A stretch of 35,379 bases of DNA from contig JABANN010000010.1 in the NCBI GenBank assembly GCA_013115125.1, positions 124,001 to 159,379 of the forward strand, given 5' to 3'. Under the pieces are notes generated by a model, which had not been told where the DNA came from, searched no databases, and saw only the letters and a list, made by a program, of their open reading frames with translations. Within the stretch, counting starts at the first letter, position 1; every line of letters starts with the position of its first letter. A program made the translations under genes and the position numbers. The DNA is from Perkinsus olseni (taxonomy: Eukaryota). Shown here in pieces: positions 10,801 to 20,784 of this stretch.

Positions 10801-13800
10801 ACAGAGATCTTGAGATCAACCTCATGAGCAGCGAGGCCGGCAATCTTAAGCTCACAGTGATTGCATCCGCATCCTGAGGTAGGCTACGGGCGGCGGCAGC
10901 GTCTCGCACGAACCCTTCAGGAAGCGCCGCCCGCTCCACAGGAGGAACCAGATCGAGCAGCAACTGCCGCCAGGCTACCGACGCCAGGGCTTCTTTCGAA
11001 GGAGATGCATTACAACTGAGGTGATTCACATATGAATATGATATCATGAATCTTGCTTAGACTGGCTCACATTCCTGCAATCCTGAGCATTCTCCTCAAA
11101 GTCAGCGGCGGAATTCCTTGGCACCCCTCTAGTGTCTGTTTAAGAGATAGAAGCTGGGGCAAGAAATCTAAGGAAGAGCCAATGACTTTCCCCGGGCAAG
11201 CAACGTTCACCGACCACAGAGCGTAAGCAGCTAGCAAAGATGCCAACTCACCGCTCCCTTCATATTTAGCAGACAAGACCCCGGCAGCCGATGCCTCATC
11301 CAGCACGTGAAATGAGAAGAGGCTCATAACCTGTACAACCCGCCTATCAGATTTTCCGGATTATGTTACGATCCACCTCGGGGGACAACCAAACATTGCC
11401 TTGGCTTGGCGGAGCTGCGAGAGACATCACTCGAAAGTCCGGATGCACGCGAATAACTTGTGGTCCCTGAAAACTCATCTAGCATCGATTACCAGAGGCC
11501 ATACGGACGATGGTTAAAAAAGGAGAGGCTGACTGAAGGAAAGACTCAAAAATATAAGAGCTGTGGGTCTCCTATACTCCTGGCATGTTAAATTTTGCGA
11601 CTATCCGCAATCATTGCTGTACCCGGCTAAGCTTAGGAGGCCGCGAGAGGCACGAAGTGTTGTTCACGGGTGACGAGCTCTACTCCAACAGCGATCACCT
11701 TCCCTCGCGATCAGAGAACGCATGTCAGTCTCGGAGTACTGTAGAGCGAAAAAGCTGGAGCGAGGCTATGAAGGTGGACCCATGTGATGACAACCGCTTG
11801 TCAGTACCGCAGATTTCGAACCTCGCACCGCGGAAATTATCGAGGAAACAGCCAACCACGAGAGCTGCGCACTATACTTCATATTTCCTCTCGATTGTGC
11901 GGTGACATGCAATAATGCGCGATGCTTTCGAACCTATAGCGAACTTGATTCGGGCAAAGTAGATTTCGAGCTGAAAGGGAAGGTAGTTCTCTGGGCAGAA
12001 ACTTCACCTCCCAATAATGGTATACGATGATGAAATTCGGCGATGCTTCAGTAACGCGATGCAAGCAGCGCAGCTCCGCGCATATTCATGTGTAGCATGG
12101 AGAGCGGGCATGTACTGTAGATTGGTATGGTTGGGACATCGCTGCTACTGACGATGAACTTGAGAATACCTTCCAGCTCGAGTAGAGCAATTTGATCATT
12201 CTGTGATGTCGCGGACCTCGAAGGCCGTCTCATCGTTAGGAATGAATTTTCGGGCGAGACATGCTGCGCCGCTTGTTCTTTAAATCCTTGCCTGAATTAT
12301 TCCTGAAGCGAATCCCCCAGCGGTACAGCTACAGTTCAGTTCCGGTACAGTTCCGAGCTACTTGTTCGGGTTTATAGAGTAACTTTACTAGACAACAGGA
12401 TCCTCGACTCCTTGACTGAAATGGTGGCGGAGTCTTCTTTCAAAGCAACGGCGGCTTCCGTCATCCAGATTCGACACCGGGTAGAAGCCTTCGACAGAGG
12501 CCTCTCACAATGATACTGGGCACATCCATTACCTCGAGTCTGGCATGTGATAATACTGAACGGCTCACGGGTTGTAATTAGACTGATGATAGTCGCCTCC
12601 TGAGCATGAGTGAGCTCATTAGTTTGTAAAGAGGAGCTACCCGGTTGGCCTGGATGACAACATGTCCGCCAACCTCATATCGTAGCTCGATTAGTTCAGC
12701 TGGATAGAATGTCTGCCTACGGAGCAGATGGTCGTAGGTTGGAATCCTGCATCGGGTACTTATATCCAATATGCCAGGCTTACGCCGCATGTTTGTCGGG
12801 ATTGACGATTCAACGGCAACGACAATTGCTAGCAATCTACCCTCCAGGATGGAGGCTCCAGCCCTGTGACGCCAGAAGACTAGCGCGCCGAAAAACCGTT
12901 CAGCGCGTTCCCGGATATCCGAGAGGCCCGCCGTAGTGAAAGGCTTGATGGCCGGACCACGTACCGCGTCATCATCTCGAGAAACGAAGGGATCATCCGC
13001 GTCCGACAGAAGAAGGCCAGGCCCGCTAGGCTCCGAGTTCTGCAAAGGGCACTGCCGATCAGATATCAATGGCGTCAAGGCGCATAGCACGTCTGCCGGC
13101 ACACGGTCCAACCCATCTAATACAAGTATCTGCACCGAAGACCCCTATCAAGGCCTGAGAATCTTCCGCTCTACTTTTCCGTCAACAGCTGCTCTGACCG
13201 CAGCGCTAGGTAACCATGCCGTTTCTCCTGTTGCCGCGTCGGTAGCTCGCCGTTGAAGAAGATCTCGGGCCGACATGTCTTTGAAGAGAAACAGAGTCTC
13301 GACATCTGTCGAAGGGCTCAACCTCTCAGTGAAGTGCCTGCCAAGGAGTCGTTTCCCTCACTGGTTAGCATTGATTGCGAGCTGGAATTCGCAGTGTCAA
13401 TGTAAGAGAATTCAACGGCGAGGGTAGTAGAGCAGCCAACACAGAGAATCCGACCTAAACGCTACCTAATCGGCTTCCAAAGTAGTTCACAGATCCGCAC
13501 AGCTGAGTTGCGGCTACGCGAAGTTTGACGAGTGAGCGCGAATCGGCATGACTTACGCCACGCTAGATAGAACTGAACGCGTCAAATGGAATATTACCGC
13601 ATAATACGAGTCTTTCCACAGCCAGCTGGCCCCACCAAACACACGTTGAGGCCCGCGCGCCAATCTCGTTCGAGATCTTCGAGAACACTCACCACACTTG
13701 GAGTTGAGACGAACCCGGTTTCCTGATAGGGATGCAGCCTCGAGAGGCTGACGAATAGAGGAGAACCCTGCGGCCTCGGGAGAGACAACTTTCTGGCTAA

Positions 13801-15604
13801 CTAGGCATCAGGAGATTTCTTATTCACGATATCATGCCATGACGTAACGAGGCGGGTATTGGCCATCTCACTGACAGAATGTCTACTAAGCAATCACTCG
13901 GAGAGACTTCGTAGTAGGCCTCAGAGAAGGTTCACCTGCTCTAGTTGACTAGGGCCCTCCTCCGGCGCTCGTGTCTGCTTCGATATTCCCAGACTAGCGA
14001 GGATCGTGTCGACACCTTTGCGGGGTCCCGTCGGGAACAACTTCCATGGGTAAGCTCTGAAGATAGAGGAAGTCAGTTGATAGTGCAATCTGCGTGTGAG
14101 AAGCGCATGACACACGGCACCTGCCGACTCGGCGTACACAGGGGGTACACAAGATATTGTATGCGACCCCCTCCTGTCTGTGCTCTCAGCAGCGCCCCCA
14201 GCGTGGGTTATCACCTCGATATGGCTTGGCAGAGATCTCCCGTTGAAGTGTAGATTTCCTGGAGGTTGGTAACAGCATCGGTTGGCAGCAACGGTATCTC
14301 CGGTGAGTGGGCTATAGCGTTCACGAAGTCTTGAAGAGACGCTGCCTTCTGGACAACAAGTGGAGCAATTTACTTTGTGGTGTGAGGTAAGTAATCTCCT
14401 ACCTTGAACTTCCCTGGGAGCCCTGTGATAACTCTACCCTGAAATCGGCTCCTAGCAGAGAGGCAGTCGAGCATTACTACTACTGCGAATTATTACTACC
14501 TCAAAGGAGGATCTAGAGGATGACCGACGCAGGGCGGTACCGGGAGCCCCAGCGCTACAACGATGAAGCGGGGCGACACTCGTACGAGGTTACGTGCAGT
14601 GACCTGAAGCCCAGTCGGGAAAAGGAAAAGTCGTCATGCTGAGACTGCACCTCGACCTCGCCCAAGCTTTTAGCGAGCTTGTCGTACTTGGTAGGGCTAA
14701 CCAGGCATCTCCCATCGTCCAGCACCTGTTCAGCTGTGATGGCTCGATGCAACGACATGGGCGATGAAGTTTTCCGGCTACCGATGATAGCCCTGTGAAA
14801 CAGCTGCGGACCAACTCACCATCTCTCGGTTCTCGAGCAGATTATTAATTGTTGGCAGGACATTACGCTCCGCCTTCTCAATGCCATCAAGGATGAGCAC
14901 TCGGCCCATGATGGCCGCCCGAACGACTGCCGAGTCCACGTAGATGGTCTACACGAACGCATGAACAACCAATGTCGCTTTAGAACAATATGATTTGCAG
15001 GTCGAAAAATCTTAGAGAATCAAATTGATCGGCTCAACTTGAGCGCTGCAGTTCTACAGTAGCCTCGTCCAGGCGTACATAGGCTCCTCGAGAAGTGAGA
15101 GCCAGCCGCGAACGGCTAGTCAGAACAATGGTAGTTAAGGTGTACCCCACTCACTTGCCCATTTTTCCCGATTTCTCGCCTCTGGCGCAGGTCAGCCTCG
15201 ACCGTGTCACGCGTAATCGTGAGGAGTTCTGGCTGCAGACCTTCCACCAGACAGAAGTGATACGCCTAACGAGGCCTCATTCCATCGCGCATTCTGAGTT
15301 GACAAGCTAGCCCACCAGTCTTCGCCGCATTGAGCCTGGATCCCCTATCAAAAACATGTCCTGTCTCAAAGCATACTTTTCTCGCATCCACTTCAGGTGG
15401 GAGGCGAAAGCCACCGGTGAGACAATACCAACGACCTGATCGGTCGAGTCGTCAATTGACTCGTGGGAGCAGGCACAGTTGCTCGTGAACCCAGTCGAAA
15501 CTTTTGGATACATTGGGAGCGAGAGTGGCTACCCTAGGCAGCACGATTCCTCGAGAAATTGGTCTTCCCACATGACTGGACACCACGTTGAGCCGCCCTG
15601 CCAT
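4857..15604 (-). CDS. VWA8: von Willebrand factor A domain-containing protein 8 (dynein/midasin-type tandem AAA+ ATPase with C-terminal VWA domain), multi-exon
   Basis: Exons match VWA8 motifs in the expected order: HLKWMREKYALRQDMFLIGDPGSMRRR; Walker A GPAGCGKT; ILVLDGLDRV; RVHPDFRVMSLAAPP; LLIVGPQGVGKNKVID | YYMQLHRDSTV..ESPLV; VLDEADKAPLEV; PHVGGNTYAGGTGGADTAGLGGAGGPYRLDKGH; MIDAS DVSASM | YRFNGVDGRL; GHSGDG; SDANLDR | YGIHP; LPQLIKNVLATTVDHQK* (stop 4857-4859). The start ATG at 15604 is inferred. Confidence 0.93.
10186..10259 (+). tRNA. trnR-ACG: tRNA-Arg(ACG), intact cloverleaf, antisense within a VWA8 intron
   Basis: Acceptor stem GCCCGAT/ATCGGGT; D arm GTTC-AGCTGGATA-GAAT with A20 (Arg identity element); anticodon arm TCTGC-CT ACG GA-GCAGA (anticodon 10220-10222); T arm GTAGG-TTCGAAT-CCTGC; discriminator A. 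Confidence 0.92.
12685..12758 (+). pseudogene. Second tRNA-Arg(ACG) copy, probable pseudo-tRNA
   Basis: Identical to 10186-10259 at 72 of 74 nt. C3>T gives a U-G wobble, and the invariant C56>G at 12741 changes the T-loop to TTGGAAT. Confidence 0.8.
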
Positions 15605-15923
15605 CTCGAAAACGGGCAGCTACGCATAACGAACAGCCCGCTGTTGACGCCGCGTCACTCGAAGAATCAGGGCCCCAGCATACCTTCAATTGACTGGGCT
15701 TCAAACACAACAGAAGTGAAGCCTCCGCAGGAAACACGCGACAGCAGCCAGTGACTACCAGCCACTTCCGGTGGCATCCGCCAGACGCATTCGACTATAG
15801 GCTGGTTGAAGAGAAATAGTCACAAGAAATGTAACGATTATGAAGAAAGTCCTACCACTATGGGGAACAAGCAACACCACAACCGAGGTGGGCGAAGGCG
15901 CTAGACATCTTTGAGTGGTGCTT

Positions 15924-17137
15924 TTAAAACACCAACTCGGAATCCTTCTTCACGTCATCGAAGGCGGTGTCAACCTTCTCCTCGTTGCCCACGGCCATGG
16001 CGAGAACGCCGGCTTCTGAGAAGAACAGGAACATGACACAACCCACAGGACTCCTAATACGAGCATGTGATACGAGAATGAACCGCGGAAGCTGTTCGAT
16101 ATTCCAGGAGTGGGGAAGAACTGCGGAGCCCAGCAGCCGCGAGTCGTACCTCCTCCCTCGGCCAGTCTGTCCGCTGTCTCCCTTGCCATCTTTTCCTTCT
16201 TCTTCTCGACAATCTTCTTCACTCTACAAGACGATTAACCGTAAACAAGTGACCGATGACACGAAATTGACCAACCTGAAGAACTCCTCACGCTCCTGCT
16301 CGTCCATGGCCTGCTCAATGAAGCGGATGATCGCGTCGATCTTGGGAATCACCACGTACTCGAGGGCATTGACACGACGTCTGAAGAGACCCCAGGACCA
16401 GTGAATGGCTTGTGCGAAGCGCCGACCGTAACCCACGAAGTCATCTTGATCTCCTCATCCAAAGTGATGAAGGCTGTCTGGAGGGAAGCCATCCTGACGA
16501 GCTGATACAAAAACAGAATCAACCTCATCCCAAGAGAGCAATGGGATGCCTACAAGCTCGAGAACCTTAGCATGTTGCAGCCGGCAGGTCTGAATGACTT
16601 GACCACCTTGTCCGGCTCCGAGACTCATCATGGGACCCTGTTGAGAGCAGTGACAAGACAATGGCAATGGCCGAGGAAAAACTCACATCCAACGCTGAGT
16701 CCCTCTGGAGATCGAAGGTGGGAAGGAAGACACCGGCAACATTTTCAGCTGAGACCTTTAAAGTGACGCTGAAAAGGATACATTGTTGAAAGCACCTCCC
16801 ACCCAGAGTGGTGAACTCACCTAGGCTTCTTGACTCGCTGAATAACAGTCTGGACGAAATCGCTGTCACCGGCCCATCTAGCCTTAGCGATTGAGAAGGA
16901 GCAATCGGCCATGCTGTCACCGACAGCCTTCTTAGTCTACAGAGCAGCGAGTGAGGAAGGTACAGCAATAGCGTTGCTAGATCTTACATCCATGATCTCC
17001 TTGAGCATCTGAGAGAATCTGCTCTTAAGGGCATCACGCTTCTTCTTCAAAAGACTATGACCCTTTTTGGCGCCGACACCCTTGGCCTTGAAGGTCTGCA
17101 AGGTCATACGGTTCGCAGGGGGCATCTGCTGAGACAT
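15924..17137 (-). CDS. ATP6V1D: V-type proton ATPase subunit D, multi-exon
   Basis: [63 protein letters not shown] | [24 protein letters not shown] | VKKIVEKKK; ends DSELVF* (TAA 15924-15926). Confidence 0.96.
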
Positions 17138-17703
17138 CTTGAGAACTGGTTAAACCGGAAAAAACTTCTGAAGGGAAAGACGATCCCAAGTCGCTCTCTT
17201 GACCTATTTTGTATCCCATCAAGCAAACCTCAAAGATCTTTCCGCAAGACCCAAGAATCAACTCTCCGCAGAATTACCCGCTAGGCGACCACAACAACGC
17301 CTTCCCGTAATTAAGCGCGCTACAGCGGACATAGACAGCTCAAGCAAAACGGGCTCTAGCGGAACCACGACGTGAAGCTGACTAACGGAACCGGATGGAT
17401 CTCATACTGAGCGACAATGGTAATGCGCAGTAGATCCTGGCAAGGTCCCTTCTAGCCTCATGTCAGCCCTAGAAATTGGAAGCCTCAGCGCAGAAAGCGC
17501 AGCAGAAGACGTGGAGGAAACACAAGACTACAAGAGTTCAGCTCATTCTTAGCCAGAGGAGGTTATCGATACACCCGGGTTCGACGCCCAGCGCACGCAT
17601 TTTTAGCTGTCAGAGACTGACGCCGATTTCGGTTTAGTCGCCTACAGTGTCTTCATGCGAACGGTGAAGCGAATTGAGAACGAAAAATATTCCTCAGCTG
17701 TTT

Positions 17704-19966
17704 ATGCTTAATAAGCCTCTATCGGCTACTGTCCGTACAATGAGTAGTAGTAGTGGCATAAAGCTTCCCCTCGCCCCCTCGGTATCAGTCTTCAATGGAG
17801 GTCTTACTCTTGAGGCCGCCGCTCCTGGGTCTCCTCGGAAGGCCGGTGGAGCCTCACCAAGGAAGGGCGGCAAAGGCGGAGGTAATAACAACTTCTCGAC
17901 GGTGTCCGATTTAAATCTGATCTCAGCGTCACCGCGTCGCAGTGGAAAGGGCAGCAGTTCCAGCGGCCCCACTGTGGCTCCTGTAGCGGGGTATGACCCC
18001 ATCCATACTATCATGGCCACCAAACCTATCGCCTCGAAGTAGGACAGGAAAAATGGCCTGTGAGCTGGGAATGATTGGACTTAGGCTGTCTCTTGACGAG
18101 CGTGTGGCTAAATGCATGGCGGTGGCTAACTATGGTGGGGAGATCATTCAGGAGGAAGAAGTCAGGAAGCTTTTCGGTGAGGGATTTATGTCCTCTCTGT
18201 TCGAATTAACGAATTCGGCGCGTCTTTGGTCATCAGAGGCAAAGGTCAACCCCATTTGCTACGATGGTTTTGAGCCCAGTGGCCGCATGCACATCGCTCA
18301 GGGAATCCTGAAGGCTATCAATGTCAACAGGTTAGCCCAATAGAAAACCGCATCCTGTTGTAGATAGAGTTTGTTAGGTTGACGTCAGCTGGATGTGTCT
18401 TTGTCTTCTGGGTTGCCGATTGGTTTGGTCTCCTCAACAACAAGATGGGTGGAGATCTCGAGAAGATCAAGAAGGCACTGATCCGCAAACGTTTGTCGCT
18501 GTATCCAAGTATTGGTGTGCTTTTTATTAGGTCGGTCAGTACTTCGTTGAAGTGTGGAAGGCTGCGGGAATGGACATGAGCAACGTCCGCTTCCTACGAG
18601 CCAGCGAGGAGATCAACAAGGTTGGTAGGGTCAATGAGATCTAGGTGTGACCTTTGGGGTTTCGGTTTCGATCGCATTCGACCGTTACGAAGTGCTTAGA
18701 AGTTTTATCGGTGTGGTGGAACCAATAGAGATCCAGAATTTTCATATCTTACCCCTTTGCAGAATCCTCAAGACTACTGGCTACGTGTCATGAACATCGC
18801 CAGAGCCAACAGCATTTCCAGAGTAAAGCGCTGCGGTCAGATCATGGGGCGCTCGGAGGGAGACGAGCAACCTAGCGCACAGATTCTGTAAGAAAAAAAA
18901 GATCCTCTGCTTTGGGTCACCTTCCGATATTCAAGGTCGCTGTTGCTATTATAAGGTACCCTTGCATGCAGTGCAGTGATATCTTCTATCTTCATGCGGA
19001 TATCTGCCAGCTCGGTATGGACCAGCGCAAGGTCAACATGCTCGCCAGGGAGTACATGGACAAGCCTGAAGCCTCGAAGGATAAGCAGAGGATGTAGCAG
19101 TTCTGGCTCAGGGGAATTATGGAAATGTTTGGGTGCGCGACTTAGGCAAGGACGTAAGCCCATTATCGTGTCTCACGCCATGGTTCCTGGTCTGCTGGAG
19201 GGGCAGGAGAAGATGTCTAAGGTAACGGCAATTCCGCGGCCCGTGGTGAGTTCTATGGGTGTTCTGTCTCAGTCTAATCCCGACTCCGCGATCTTCATGG
19301 AGGATTCCGAGGCTGATGTGAAGCGGAAGATCAAGAAGGCTTTCTGCCCTCCTAACCAGATTGAAGGAAATCCGTGCGTCACCTACGTTAAGGTAGACTC
19401 GGGGGACCTTCATGATTGACAATGCAGGGCCTTGTGGATTCGGAATCGAATGTTTACCAGCTCGACGATCGTCAGCTGCGTCACGGAGAGGTCAAGTCTG
19501 TTGTTGCTTTTCCCGTCTCACAGTGAGCATGAATGAGCGACATCGCTACTCTCTCTGTCTGTCAGATGCTTGTGTTCCCATACTTGGGAAAATTTGAAGT
19601 TCAGAGGAAGGAGGCCAATGGTGGTGATGTGTAAGTGTTCTTCATTAACTTCTGCGGAGCACAGTGTGTTTCCAGGACATTCAAGACGGTTGAGGAGTTC
19701 GAGCACGCCTATGCTCACGGTGAATTGCACCCTGGTGACCTGAAGACCGCTCTTGCTCGGTAATGGGAGGAGCGTCGGTATCAACGGTGGCATTCCCTTT
19801 TGGATGCAGATGCTTGAACCAGATGATCGAGCCAGTTCGTCGTCACTTCGAAACGGATCCTGAGGTATGTGCTGGGACCAACCGGGAAAGGCAGCCTAGC
19901 TTTTGTTTGTATTTGTAGGCCAAGGCGCTGCTAGCTGAGATCAAGACCTACAAGGTCACCAAGTAA
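17704..19966 (+). CDS. TyrRS: Tyrosyl-tRNA synthetase (archaeal/eukaryotic, plant-apicomplexan subtype), multi-exon, with N-terminal extension; alternative starts at 17655 and 17740
   Basis: CYDGFEPSGRMHIAQG; WVADWFGLLNNKMGGDLEKIKK | VGQYFVEVWKA; YPCMQCSDIF; DICQLGMDQRKVNMLAREY; GQEKMSK | SNPDSAIFMED; LHPGDLK; EIKTYKVTK*. A phase-2 intron at 18039-18084 joins ORF 17674..18042 to the catalytic core. Confidence 0.96.
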
Positions 19967-20784
19967 ACAAATAACCTCCACTGCGATAGCTCATTCCAAT
20001 ACGGAAGTTTCTTGGATCTTAATAGGAGCTATCTCGAGTAATTCAATGCGGGCAGGGTTCTAGTGGTTACGGGTCTCGCAGCCTCAGCTTGGCCCGAGCG
20101 TCGTCCACGAGCGAGTGAGGTCGCTCGGTCGCTACATGTTTCGTGATTATCGAAAGAGCGAATCGGTGAGGAGATGTTGCAAGTGACGGAGTGAAGGAAA
20201 GGGGGGAATGGTTCCGGCTGTTGGGGTAGTCTTTCATGTCTTCAATGTCTTATGGCTCGACGTTATGATGGTCATGATATAGATAGGATACGCCGAGCTA
20301 GTGTTACCTCACCGTCGAGAAGTGCAGGACATACTAGTATCTCTGTCACTCCAATCACTGGCGAGGTGGGATGCGAAGGGAGCTAGCGTCGATCACATTC
20401 GGTATCGCCAGAATATTCCTGACGTTGAGAAGTTGTGGATCTAACCTTGGGTTATCGGAATGAGGCAGCCATAACCACAGAGTCCAAGTTCGACCTCAGT
20501 TTGAAGAGCAGTGCTCAGCTTCTGAGAGGGTCTGCCATCAGTTCCGTGGTGCCTGGCACGGTCCCCACACATTTTATCCGTAGTTCACATCCAACTGCCC
20601 CCGAGGCTAAGACGTATTCATCTGCGGCCTCTATTACGGACTCCAGACACTGAGTCTCGATCACTTGCTTCAGTCAACTTTGTTGTCCCACACGCTCAGT
20701 ATAGCACGCAAAGATTCGCCAGTCGTGTTGATCCGTTGGACCTGTTTGGCTCGCAGCTGTAGGCAGCGGCTTTTCTGTATGCAG

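Noticed and set aside
12578..13135. Shared peptide ISTRCRI.TYDHLLRRQTFYPAELI in ORFs 12578..13135 and 9986..10267 as a repeated protein domain
   Set aside because: It is the antisense translation of the two tRNA-Arg copies in introns.
17674..18042. Standalone small Ser/Gly-rich protein
   Set aside because: Its stop codon overlaps a splice donor that joins it in frame to TyrRS.
18591..18605. TyrRS FLRAS where homologs usually have FLWAS, as a sign of codon reassignment or editing
   Set aside because: It is a single instance. Other conserved Trp residues use TGG, and CGA encodes conserved Arg elsewhere (WRVE in GCL).
20236..20463. Possible small spliced gene downstream of TyrRS
   Set aside because: Candidate frames hit stops soon after the putative intron and show no recognisable similarity.
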